Of a stretch of DNA of 52,011 bases, positions 8,710 to 17,571 are shown one piece after another; the first letter of the stretch is position 1; each line of letters starts with the position of its first letter. The notes below the pieces were generated by a model, which saw nothing but the letters and a program-made list of their open reading frames with translations, had not been told where the DNA came from and did not search any database. Source of the stretch: Fibrobacteria bacterium (GTDB taxonomy: Bacteria; Fibrobacterota; Fibrobacteria; UBA11236); assembly GCA_039917895.1 (NCBI GenBank), contig JBDSIO010000301.1, forward strand, positions 1-52,011, given 5' to 3'. The position numbers and the translations under genes were made by a program.

Positions 8710-9984
8710 GTGAACGAGAAGGGGAAGCCCGTTTCCCGGGATGGGGGAGCTGCCGGCGGCGGCTATCGCGTCCGGCAGGAAATGAATCCGGGAAACCGGT
8801 TCGATGCGGTTAAAATTGAATGGGAAGACGGCGTGGATCTGCCCCAGACCTTGAAGATCCACGAGGAAATCGCGCGCAGCATCGTCTCCGAGAACGACAG
8901 CCCGGACATCCCTTTCCGTTACAGCGTGAATCCCTACCGCGGCTGTGCCCATGCCTGCGCCTATTGCTATGCGCGTCCCAGCCACGAATACCTGGGCATG
9001 GGCGCGGGCACCGATTTCGACACCCAAATATACGCCAAGACCAATGCCGCCGACCTGCTGCGCAGGAAGTTCGCTTCCAAAGGCTGGACGCGTGAGCCCA
9101 TCACTTTCAGCGGCATCACCGATTGCTACCAACCCGCGGAAAGCCGGCTCAAAATCACGCGCGCCTGCCTGGAAGTCTGCCTGGAGTTCAAGCAGCCGGT
9201 TTCCATCATCACCAAATCGACTTTGATCCTGCGCGATCTGGATCTGCTCACGGCCCTCGATCGGGAAGCGGGTGCGGGAGTTATCCTGTCCATCCCGTTC
9301 GCCGACGAAACCACCGCCCGTTTCATCGAGCCCTTTGCGGCGCCGCCGGAGCTGCGTTTCCGCGCCCTGGAAAAGCTGTCGCAAGCGGGCTTGCGAACAG
9401 GGATCTCACTGGGTCCGGTGATTCCCGGCCTCAACGACAGCGACATTCCCTCCCTGTTGGCGCGCGCGAAGGAATGCGGGGCCGGTTTCGCGTTCTACGT
9501 CATGCTGCGCCTGCCCGGCAGTGTCCGCGAAGTATTTCTGGAGCGCGTCCGCAAGCATTTACCGGAAAAGGCAGGAAAAATCGAGCATCATATCCGTGAA
9601 GTGCGCGGCGGAGATCTCTACCAGACGGATTTCAGGCACCGCATGTCCGGGACCGGAACCATGGCGGACATGGTGGACAAATTGTTCCGCATCCATGCCC
9701 GCAAACACGGCCTGGACATCGGAGAGCGCATGGAAGACCTGGAAGCCCGCAGCGCGGGAGAGGGCATGGCCGGTCCGAACCTGGGACGGAGCCTGCGGGG
9801 CAAGCAAGGCGGATCGGACGGAAGTGATCAGGGTGCAGCTTGGGTTGAAGCCCGGGAAACCGAAGGCGGGGCCACAGGGCGGATGGAAAACCGAACGTCC
9901 GGGGCGTCGGTTAGGAAACCGGGGAAGAGCCCGAAGGGCGCCAAAAAAATCGATCCGGGACAATTGGATTTGTTCGCGACGTGA
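8710..9984 (+). CDS. PA0069/Rv2578c-type radical SAM protein (SPL-related family)
   Basis: NDSPDIPFRYSVNPYRGCAHACAYCYARPSHEYL (CxxxCxxC), TDCYQPAE, GPVIPGLND; ends in QLDLF. Start uncertain (GTG 8710 or ATG 8782). Confidence 0.9.
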   Translation: MNEKGKPVSRDGGAAGGGYRVRQEMNPGNRFDAVKIEWEDGVDLPQTLKIHEEIARSIVSENDSPDIPFRYSVNPYRGCAHACAYCYARPSHEYLGMGAGTDFDTQIYAKTNAADLLRRKFASKGWTREPITFSGITDCYQPAESRLKITRACLEVCLEFKQPVSIITKSTLILRDLDLLTALDREAGAGVILSIPFADETTARFIEPFAAPPELRFRALEKLSQAGLRTGISLGPVIPGLNDSDIPSLLARAKECGAGFAFYVMLRLPGSVREVFLERVRKHLPEKAGKIEHHIREVRGGDLYQTDFRHRMSGTGTMADMVDKLFRIHARKHGLDIGERMEDLEARSAGEGMAGPNLGRSLRGKQGGSDGSDQGAAWVEARETEGGATGRMENRTSGASVRKPGKSPKGAKKIDPGQLDLFAT

Positions 9985-10081
9985 AGCCAGGGTCATTCCG
10001 TTCCCCGAACCCCTGGTCTCGCCGTCTATACTTAGCCAAGCTGGCGCAAGTCGTCCTGGGTGTGACGGGGGCCTTTGAACA

Positions 10082-10414
10082 ATGAAGCCCGGCCAGAAAG
10101 AGCTCAACGATTTCATCCTCGACCTGGTCGAGTTCATGGGCAAGCATTTCACCTCGAGGTTCGACAAGACGCGGGTCTCGGGCGGCAATGAAGGCTTGTC
10201 CATCCGCTTACTACGGGCCGAGTCCGGATCCGAGTTGGAAATTTCCACGGATCGGGCGGATTATCCCGCCAACTTAGTTTTCAGCCGATTTGGTAGCGGG
10301 ACGACCTTCGGTGCGCGCGTTTCGACGGGCGGCCGTTTGTGCCTCGGAGTTGAGGAGTCGTTCAGGCAGGCTTGCGGAAACAGTAGGCGCGGTAGGACCA
10401 GAGTCCCTTTTTAA
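10082..10414 (+). CDS. Hypothetical protein
   Basis: 110-aa ORF filling the gap, with a protein-like N-terminal part and TATACT at 10027-10032 upstream. Its 3' end overlaps the convergent methyltransferase by about 50 bp. Confidence 0.45.
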   Translation: MKPGQKELNDFILDLVEFMGKHFTSRFDKTRVSGGNEGLSIRLLRAESGSELEISTDRADYPANLVFSRFGSGTTFGARVSTGGRLCLGVEESFRQACGNSRRGRTRVPF

Positions 10415-11255
10415 AGGTACGGTACTGGAAATAGGTAGCATAGGCGTTACCCAGCTTCTCCGGACTGGTCAGTTTCAGCTTTTCCAGGAGCCACCGCATG
10501 GGGATGAACACCAGGCCGAAACGGAAGATGGCGCGAGCATGCGGCAGCACGTCCGCGCTGATGTCCTCGCCATGCACGAGCATAAAGCCGGAGCGCGCGC
10601 TATAGGCTTCCAGCTCCGAGGGCGAGCAAAGATGGGGGACCGCCCAGCCGGCCAGGAAAGTGGCGTATTCCCGTGCCTGCGCGGCATTTTCCGGGGCGGC
10701 GCCGCGGAAACCGTCCGCGATGACGAGCCGTCCTCCCGGTTTGAGAAGCCGGAACATGGCTGCGACCCACGCCTCCTTGTCTACCGCATGATCGAAGCTT
10801 TCCAGTGCCCAAACGATGTCGAAGCTCCCCGGCTTAAAGGCCGGAAGGTGGAAGTCGTTGACGGCGAAGCGGGCGGCCTGACTGCCGGAATGCTTGTCCG
10901 CTGAGGAGCCGGCGAAACCCCTGGCGAGCTTGGCTTGGCTTTCCACCAGGGTGATTCCGAAGCTGCGGCAACCGGGTTCGCGGGCCAGGAAAATCGCCGA
11001 CCCGCCCACGCCGCAACCGGCGTCGAGCAACCGCTCGCCTTTGCGGATCCCGGCGATGCCGGCCAGATATCGCACCATATGCTCGGTGGGGTTTCCGCCG
11101 CGGGGCAAATCACGGTCGAACCCGTAATGCATATGGTGGTGCCAGTCCGTCTGGTAGTACTTGAGGTAGTCCTCCGTCGCGGCAACGTAGTACCGGCGCA
11201 CGCGCGCCTTCAGGGCCTTGGCCTCCTTTTCTTCCGCGGACTCCAGGTCAGACAC
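10362..11255 (-). CDS. Class I SAM-dependent methyltransferase (tocopherol/sterol-MT-like)
   Basis: HMHYG, LLDAGCGVGG, FDIVWALES, LLKPGGRLVIAD. The GTG start overlaps the stop of the upstream gene. Confidence 0.85.
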   Translation of the reverse strand: MSDLESAEEKEAKALKARVRRYYVAATEDYLKYYQTDWHHHMHYGFDRDLPRGGNPTEHMVRYLAGIAGIRKGERLLDAGCGVGGSAIFLAREPGCRSFGITLVESQAKLARGFAGSSADKHSGSQAARFAVNDFHLPAFKPGSFDIVWALESFDHAVDKEAWVAAMFRLLKPGGRLVIADGFRGAAPENAAQAREYATFLAGWAVPHLCSPSELEAYSARSGFMLVHGEDISADVLPHARAIFRFGLVFIPMRWLLEKLKLTSPEKLGNAYATYFQYRTFKKGLWSYRAYCFRKPA

Positions 11256-12432
11256 GGGAAATGCTTTCCGCTTCATCGAATACCAGGCGCAAGCCCGCGG
11301 CGAACTCACTTTCCCGACCGATGAGGCTCACGACCAAGCGGCAACCTTCCTCGAATCCGAACAAATGGCCGGCATGGGTTTGCACGCCCTGGCGTTCCAT
11401 CAACCCCAAGGCGAACGCTTCATCGCGCAACGGAATATCAAGATCCAGGATCAGGGACCACCCGGCTTCCGGATTCAATAGCCGGAGGCGCGAGCCCAGG
11501 CGGTTAACCGGGCTTCCGATCAGGGCTTCCGCTGCGTCCAGATTCCGGCGCACGCGCCCTAGAATTGCGGATTGGATTTCCGGGCCCATGCGCAGCAGGC
11601 CGCTCGCCGCGATCTGCACCGGCGAGTTCACGGAGAGGAATGCGTCCGCGATCCATTCCAGGTGGCCCAGCGCCATCCTTACCGCTTCCCTTCCCCCTGC
11701 CACGTGGATCCAGCCCAGTTTAAGCTGCGGCAAGCCGAGGGATTTCGAGATTCCATTCAAGGTGAAAACCAGCGGCCCGCGGCTTTCAAAGTATTCATAG
11801 GGCTTTTGAACCAGCAGGTAATCGCGGAAGACTTCGTCCACGATCAGGGCCAGTCCGTAATCCGCGGCGATTTCCAGATACTCCCGGATCTCGCCGCCAT
11901 CGGTAAGGTGCCCGGTGGGGTTGTTGGGATGTACCAGGACCAGCGCTTTGCAACGCGTGGACACCAGGTTGCGCAAGGCGGGGAAATCCGTTTTCCAGGT
12001 TACAGGTTTGAGCGGGTAGCGTACTAGTTCCACATGTTCCAGATCAGCCAGGGAATCGAACAGGGGATAAGCAGGGGTGGGAATGAGGATTTCGTCGCCA
12101 GGATTGCAAAGCAACTTGAACAGGAACGAATAGGCCTCAGACGTGCTGGACGTCAGCACCAGGTCCTCCGGGTCCACCAGGCGGCCGCGTGCGGCGTAGT
12201 AGGCGGCCACGGTCTGGCGCGCTTCGGGATGGCCCTTGGGAGAAGGTTCGTAGCGCAGCACCGGGGGTTGCGCAAGCAGCCCGGGAATTCCCGCGGGGTA
12301 GGGGATGCCTGCGGTGGTGGGATTGGAGCCGGTGAGATCGAGCACCGGCAGGCCTGACGCTTCGCGCGCCAGCCTGGCCTCCCATTGGGGATTCGGCCCC
12401 TCCGGTGCGCGGGCGAAAGTATCCGAGAACAT
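11248..12432 (-). CDS. PLP-dependent aminotransferase class I/II
   Basis: PAYPLF, VHPNNPTG, IVDEVF, LNGISKSLGLPQLKLGW (PLP lysine). Confidence 0.92.
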   Translation of the reverse strand: MFSDTFARAPEGPNPQWEARLAREASGLPVLDLTGSNPTTAGIPYPAGIPGLLAQPPVLRYEPSPKGHPEARQTVAAYYAARGRLVDPEDLVLTSSTSEAYSFLFKLLCNPGDEILIPTPAYPLFDSLADLEHVELVRYPLKPVTWKTDFPALRNLVSTRCKALVLVHPNNPTGHLTDGGEIREYLEIAADYGLALIVDEVFRDYLLVQKPYEYFESRGPLVFTLNGISKSLGLPQLKLGWIHVAGGREAVRMALGHLEWIADAFLSVNSPVQIAASGLLRMGPEIQSAILGRVRRNLDAAEALIGSPVNRLGSRLRLLNPEAGWSLILDLDIPLRDEAFALGLMERQGVQTHAGHLFGFEEGCRLVVSLIGRESEFAAGLRLVFDEAESISRV

Positions 12433-12453
12433 GTTGCCGATAGGCCGACGCCG

Positions 12454-13359
12454 TTAGGCTTTGCCGGCCTTCGGAGCGGGCGGGGCGATCGGGAAGCGAC
12501 CGAGTCGGCGGAGGTTTTCCGTAATGCGGGCCGAAGAGTGGGATTGGTTCAGGGAATACAGATGGATGCCCGCGATCCCGTTCTTTAGCAAATCCTCGCA
12601 TTGTCGCGTCGCGAATTCGACGCCCCGCTGGGTGACTTCTTCCGGCTTGCCCGATGCCAGGAAAGCGACCATGGAATCCGGGATGGCGCACCCCGAGAGT
12701 TCCCGGAAGCGCGTGAGCTGGTTCAGGTTGAGAACCGGCATGATGCCGGCCACGAATGGCATGGTCACGCCCTCGGCATGGCAGCGATCCCGGAAACGGT
12801 AGAAGCTTTCGTTGTCGAAAAACAACTGGCTGATGGTGACTTCCGCGCCCTGATCCTGCTTGATTTTCAGAAACCGGATGTCGGCGTCGAGTGACGCCGC
12901 TTCCATGTGCTTTTCGGGATAGAAGGCGCATCCGATACGAAGCCCGAAGTTGCCTTTGATGAACCCGATCAGGTCGGAGGCATGGGCGAAGCCGTCCGGG
13001 TGGGGTTTGAAAGCGGTGTCCCCCTTGGGAGGATCGCCACGCAGCGCGAGCACGTTGCGGATCCCGGCTTTCACCAGGGCCTGGAGGATGTCCTTGAGTT
13101 CTTCCTTGGAGTGGCCTACGCAGGTCAGGTGAGCCATGGATTCGATGCCCAGTTCGTCCTGGATCCGCGATACCAGGTCGACGGTCTTGGAACGGGTGGA
13201 ACCGCCGGCGCCATAGGTGACGGAAATGTAGTCCGGGGCCAGTTTTGAGATTTCGGACATTGTCGAGTAAAGGGTGGCCCACCCGTTGATGTTCTTTGGG
13301 GGGAACAACTCAAAGGACAGGGTGGGCGCTCCGGATTTGATCTTATCTATAAAGGGCAT
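12454..13359 (-). CDS. metF: 5,10-methylenetetrahydrofolate reductase
   Basis: SFELFPPK, SVTYGAGG, AHLTCV, LALRGDPP, SQLFFD, GIHLYSLN. Confidence 0.96.
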   Translation of the reverse strand: MPFIDKIKSGAPTLSFELFPPKNINGWATLYSTMSEISKLAPDYISVTYGAGGSTRSKTVDLVSRIQDELGIESMAHLTCVGHSKEELKDILQALVKAGIRNVLALRGDPPKGDTAFKPHPDGFAHASDLIGFIKGNFGLRIGCAFYPEKHMEAASLDADIRFLKIKQDQGAEVTISQLFFDNESFYRFRDRCHAEGVTMPFVAGIMPVLNLNQLTRFRELSGCAIPDSMVAFLASGKPEEVTQRGVEFATRQCEDLLKNGIAGIHLYSLNQSHSSARITENLRRLGRFPIAPPAPKAGKA

Positions 13360-13432
13360 TCTCAGTCCAGGAAAGGTCCAAGAACATTAGCAAATGGAGG
13401 TCCAACCTCCCAGAAGTAAGTATTTTTCACGC

Positions 13433-14152
13433 ATGAAAAAACCCGTTTTCATCGGCGCATTCCTCGCCAGCCTGATCCTGGCGGCCGCCAATAATCTTTT
13501 CAACCGCCGCTCCATCGCCTGGATTGGATCTCCTGAGGTCCTGGACAAACCATCGGGCTGGCCCTCCATGAGCATTGCCCAAGGCATTGCGGCCGGCTTC
13601 AAGGTGGCCTGGAAAGGATTTCTCGCCCATCAATGGTCGATCCTGGGCGGTCTCGCGGCCCTGTTGCTGATCATGCTGTTTTTCAATCGCAAGCGTGGAG
13701 TCCCAGTCGCCCCGATGATGCGTTCGGCTTTGCGCATCGGGCTCGGGATTATGTTCCTGGCCGCGGCTTGGCCCAAGTTCGGCGACCCCAAAGGGTTCGC
13801 CATCCTGGTCGCGCAATACCAGTTCCCACTGCTTCCGGCCTTCACCGTCAACGCCTTTACCTTGTGGCTGGCCGCCTTCGAAATCGTGGTCGGCCTTGGC
13901 ATCATCCTGACCATATGGGAAAAGGAATTCGGGTCCATGGTCGGCATCCTCCTCCTTATGTTCATCGTGGCTTTGGGCCAAGCCCTGGTGCGCGATCTCG
14001 GAATCGCCTGCGGCTGTTTCGACATCGCAGGCGCGCAAAACGCGGGGGAGGCGTGGTTCTCCCTTATCCGCGATGTGTTCCTGCTCGCCCCCGTTGCCTG
14101 GCTGGTGCTCTCCGGTGGTCGCCGCTATCTTCACTGGTCCCGCAACCGCTAG
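13433..14152 (+). CDS. MauE/DoxX-family membrane protein with N-terminal extension
   Basis: LRIGLGIMFLAAAWPK, FEIVVG and the ACGCF motif; several TM segments. Confidence 0.8.
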   Translation: MKKPVFIGAFLASLILAAANNLFNRRSIAWIGSPEVLDKPSGWPSMSIAQGIAAGFKVAWKGFLAHQWSILGGLAALLLIMLFFNRKRGVPVAPMMRSALRIGLGIMFLAAAWPKFGDPKGFAILVAQYQFPLLPAFTVNAFTLWLAAFEIVVGLGIILTIWEKEFGSMVGILLLMFIVALGQALVRDLGIACGCFDIAGAQNAGEAWFSLIRDVFLLAPVAWLVLSGGRRYLHWSRNR

Positions 14153-14295
14153 GCCGCAAGCTTCCCAAGCCCCTATAATCGGGCTTCCGGGGACTCCCGG
14201 GCTTACGGGCGTCATAGAAAAGGGAAGGCCTGCTGGAATCCGGAAATAGGCCTTCCGGGGGGCCGGGAAAAGCGGCGTTCAGCGTTATATTTGCA

Positions 14296-15276
14296 GTGAA
14301 GGTGCGGGCTGTGGCACCCGGAGGAATGATTCTGTCTTACCTTGCCTTTCCGCGCCTGGCGCTTTCGATGCTGTTATGCTGCACCGTGACATGGTCATGG
14401 GACCTCTTCGCCTCCGTTTCGGAAGGCTACACCAGCTATGAAGCACGGGATTTCAATCGCGTCCTGACCTTGATGGAAAAGACCACCAAGGAGAAGGGTT
14501 TCAATCCATACAATGTGAGCCGGTTCGACGGCCATCCGCAAAACGCCCTGGTGCTGGGGGCGCGGCAGGGGAATTGGTCCTTCGGCCTGGAAGCGGAATT
14601 CTGGGTCGAAGAATTCGAGCAAAGCGAAGTCCCATTCGACCTGGAAAACGCTGAACGCGACTACCGCGTCACCTGCGAGAACCTCCGGGATCCGTCATAC
14701 GCTTCCAAAAACCTCTTCGGCTGCATCGAAGCGAAAGAGCAATTCCGGTTTCTGCCCATCACAGTCCAGGCGGAGTATTCCCGGGATTTGGGTCGTTGGT
14801 TCCGGCTCGGCGCCGGCTATGGTCTAGGCGTTTTGGCGGGTTCGGCGCATATCGAAATGACCTCCAAATATTACGGTGAAGGCGCGATTCCGGACGACCA
14901 TATCCGTTTCCAGATCTGGCCGGGCGTGAACCTGGTGCAGAAGGGGTTCGTGGACTTTGAATATCTGCCCTGGAAATGGCTCGGGATCGATTTGCGAGGA
15001 GGTTGGCGCATCTCCGGCGTGGAAGGCCTTACTCTGCGCGATCAGGAAGGATCCTCGCGCATCTTCAGCAGCGTTTTCCCGGAGGCCAAGGATGGCGCGC
15101 GCATGTACTTCCAATCCTTCACTACCAATCCCGAAGACGACAAGATTTACGTCGGCACCGAGGCCGAGGCCAAAGCTAAGGCGGAACGCGAAGGCTCGCG
15201 GTTCCACCTCGTCAATGGCGATTTCACGGGGTGGTTCGCCGCACTCAAGCTGAATTTCTATTGGAGGGATATATGA
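14296..15276 (+). CDS. Exported protein, probable outer-membrane beta-barrel
   Basis: Signal-like segment; alternating amphipathic strands (WSFGLEAEFW, FRLGAGYGLG, LGIDLRGGWR, WFAALKLNFYW). Start uncertain (14296, 14326 or 14368). Confidence 0.6.
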   Translation: MKVRAVAPGGMILSYLAFPRLALSMLLCCTVTWSWDLFASVSEGYTSYEARDFNRVLTLMEKTTKEKGFNPYNVSRFDGHPQNALVLGARQGNWSFGLEAEFWVEEFEQSEVPFDLENAERDYRVTCENLRDPSYASKNLFGCIEAKEQFRFLPITVQAEYSRDLGRWFRLGAGYGLGVLAGSAHIEMTSKYYGEGAIPDDHIRFQIWPGVNLVQKGFVDFEYLPWKWLGIDLRGGWRISGVEGLTLRDQEGSSRIFSSVFPEAKDGARMYFQSFTTNPEDDKIYVGTEAEAKAKAEREGSRFHLVNGDFTGWFAALKLNFYWRDI

Positions 15277-16448
15277 GCCTGATACGGTTGCAATGGTTGC
15301 GAAGGAATAAAATGTGGAAGACCTTGCCAAGGTTGCAAAGGTCGAAAAAGTTTCTGCTTCCCGGCCTGTCCGCCCTCCTCATCCTGATGGCCCAGGCTTG
15401 CGGCAAAAAGGACACGGACTTCGGCGGCACCGCACCCGTCATCCCCAAGGATTCCCTGGTTAAGCCCGACACGTCCAAGACCCTGGACACCTTGCGTTTC
15501 GCGACCCTGAACATGAGCATCGGCTTCCCGGTCTCGCAACTGCTGTTCACCAACATGGCGGATCAGCCCACCGCCTATAAGGTGCTCGATTCTCTGTTCA
15601 AACGCTATCAAAGGACGATGCCGAAAGAGCGCATTAAGGGAATGGCCAAGGCCATCGCCGATCTGAAGCTTGACGTGGTCGGTTTGCAGGAGGTCATGTC
15701 CTTCACCAAGGACGGAAATCTGGTGGACGATTACCTGCCGGAACTGCTCCAGGCCATCAGGGACGCGGGCGGGCCCGCATATAAGTTTTATTCCAACCCC
15801 CTGAACGATACCTTGCTGCAAGGCGCGATGGATGGGACCGTTCTGAAAATCGCCTTCCATGAAGGCAATGCCTTGCTGGTCAAGCCGGAACTCGCCATTC
15901 TCGACAGCGCGCGGTTCCTCTATTTCACCTTGCTGAAAATCCCCACCGGCGAAAACGCCGTCACACAACGTTGCCTGAGCTATTTGAAAATCAAGTCCCC
16001 GAACGGGGTGGTATGGCAGGTCTATAATACGCATCTCGAGGTCTTCGAAGACATCAGCAGCAGCCAGGCCCTCGAGGTGCGCCGCATCGTCGACAGCCTG
16101 AAGCTGCGGGATTCGGCCGGCCAGGAGACGGCGCCTCAAATCGTGATGGGCGATTTCAACGTCCTCCCCAATACCGATGCGCATACCGTGATGCAGGAAG
16201 GCGGATTCAGCGACACTTTCGATACCACCGCGGCGGATCCCGGCTTCACCTGCTGCATCGCGGCGAGCGCCTTGTGGGACACCCAAGCGGCGTTTTCCAA
16301 CCGTCGCATCGATTTCATCTTTTCCCGCCATATCGTCAAGGTCCTGGAGCATCATGTGGCCTTGAAGGATTCCCTCACCACCTCCACCGGCGTCGGCCTG
16401 CTGGCCACGGATCATCGCGCCGTGTGGGCGCGCATCGTAGGGCAATAG
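15273..16448 (+). CDS. Endonuclease/exonuclease/phosphatase (EEP) family lipoprotein
   Basis: Lipobox-like MAQA-C; ATLN, DVVGLQEV, YNTHLE, MGDFN, RIDFIF, TDHRAV. ATGA overlap with the upstream gene. Confidence 0.88.
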   Translation: MSLIRLQWLRRNKMWKTLPRLQRSKKFLLPGLSALLILMAQACGKKDTDFGGTAPVIPKDSLVKPDTSKTLDTLRFATLNMSIGFPVSQLLFTNMADQPTAYKVLDSLFKRYQRTMPKERIKGMAKAIADLKLDVVGLQEVMSFTKDGNLVDDYLPELLQAIRDAGGPAYKFYSNPLNDTLLQGAMDGTVLKIAFHEGNALLVKPELAILDSARFLYFTLLKIPTGENAVTQRCLSYLKIKSPNGVVWQVYNTHLEVFEDISSSQALEVRRIVDSLKLRDSAGQETAPQIVMGDFNVLPNTDAHTVMQEGGFSDTFDTTAADPGFTCCIAASALWDTQAAFSNRRIDFIFSRHIVKVLEHHVALKDSLTTSTGVGLLATDHRAVWARIVGQ

Positions 16449-16451
16449 GTA

Positions 16452-16898
16452 GTGAACGGAGGGAAGACTGGACCCGGTCCCGGCGCGACGGTCTTCGACC
16501 CCGTGCGCAAGCGCCACGTGGCCGCGACCCCGGAGGAAGGGGTGCGGCAAGCCGTTCTGCGCTATCTTCTCGACGTCCTGAGGGTGCCCGCCAATCTGAT
16601 CGGCGTCGAGTTCTGCCTGGCTTCTCTGGAACCGGGGAACCAGCGCCGGGTGGACATAGTGGTATGGCGGCCGGGCGAGGGACAGTTGGCGCCGTGGCTG
16701 CTGGTCGAATGCAAGGAGCCGAGGGTGCGCATCAATGACGAAGTGGCCTTCCAGGCCGCGGATTACCTGATCCGCGTCCCGTGCCGGTACGTCATGCTAT
16801 CCAACGGGGCGGATACCCGTTATCTGGAGAAAGCGGATGGCCGGTATCGCCTGGTTGCGGCTTTGCCTTTCTTCCGGACCGCCCTGCTCCGGCCTTGA
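16452..16898 (+). CDS. Stand-alone type I restriction enzyme HsdR N-terminal-domain protein
   Basis: FDPVRKRHVAATPEEGVRQ, RVDIVV, LVECK (PD-(D/E)xK), Q..Y, LSNG. Confidence 0.85.
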   Translation: MNGGKTGPGPGATVFDPVRKRHVAATPEEGVRQAVLRYLLDVLRVPANLIGVEFCLASLEPGNQRRVDIVVWRPGEGQLAPWLLVECKEPRVRINDEVAFQAADYLIRVPCRYVMLSNGADTRYLEKADGRYRLVAALPFFRTALLRP

Positions 16899-16943
16899 AA
16901 CCGCCCAGGAATTTCCTCTCTTCATTCCCCTGAGGAGGAATCC

Positions 16944-17384
16944 ATGAAGCAGGTTTTTCTTGACCGTTACGAATTCGACGATGACAGGAAGCGTCTGGAT
17001 TATCCCGTGCTGGAAGCCTGGTTGACCCGAACGTATTGGTCCCCGAACATCAAGGCCCCGGAGATCGAACGAGGTGCGGTGAATTCGACGCTGGTGGCCG
17101 GCTGCTACGCTGGCGGTGAACAGGTCGCGTATCTGCGCGTCTGCAGCGACAAGGTCCGCTTCGCTTACATCATGGACGTCTATGTCGATGAGGCCCATCG
17201 CCGCCAGGGCATGGCGGAAAACCTGGTCCGGTTCGCCATGGCCCATCCGGATCTCGTCGACGTATCCATGTGGCTGCTCGCGACGCGCGACGGCCACTCC
17301 GTATACCGCAAGGCCGGTTTCGGTCCGTTGCCGTTTCCGGACTTCTGGATGATCCAAAGGAAAGAAAAAATCCGCTCGGAATGA
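16944..17384 (+). CDS. GNAT N-acetyltransferase
   Basis: FAYIMDVYVDEAHRRQGMA (acetyl-CoA motif), LATRDGHSVYRKAGF; GAGGAGG RBS. Confidence 0.9.
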   Translation: MKQVFLDRYEFDDDRKRLDYPVLEAWLTRTYWSPNIKAPEIERGAVNSTLVAGCYAGGEQVAYLRVCSDKVRFAYIMDVYVDEAHRRQGMAENLVRFAMAHPDLVDVSMWLLATRDGHSVYRKAGFGPLPFPDFWMIQRKEKIRSE

Positions 17385-17440
17385 TAATAGGAAAGGGGAA
17401 AGGAGAAACGGAATGAGGCAAACAAGTGTAAATCGGGGAA

Positions 17441-17470
17441 TTGACTCTCCTTTGCCGGAGATCATAGAAT
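17441..17470 (+). promoter_or_regulatory. Putative sigma70 promoter
   Basis: TTGACT-N18-TAGAAT upstream of the 17572 CDS. Confidence 0.6.
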
Positions 17471-17571
17471 GAATAGCCGAATCCGTCGCTCGCCCTCGGG
17501 CCGGGTTTGGGCTCCGGCCGTGGATATCCGGGTACCGGGTCCGAGGATCGAAAATCCAGGAGGCCAACGGC

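Noticed and set aside
15273-15400. Tat signal on the EEP lipoprotein
   Set aside because: RR (LRRNK) is far from the hydrophobic core and the consensus position has KK (SKKFLL); a Sec/lipoprotein signal is the simpler reading.
16452-16898. Type I restriction-modification or defence system
   Set aside because: Only a stand-alone 148-aa HsdR_N-type domain; no helicase, hsdM or hsdS in the window.
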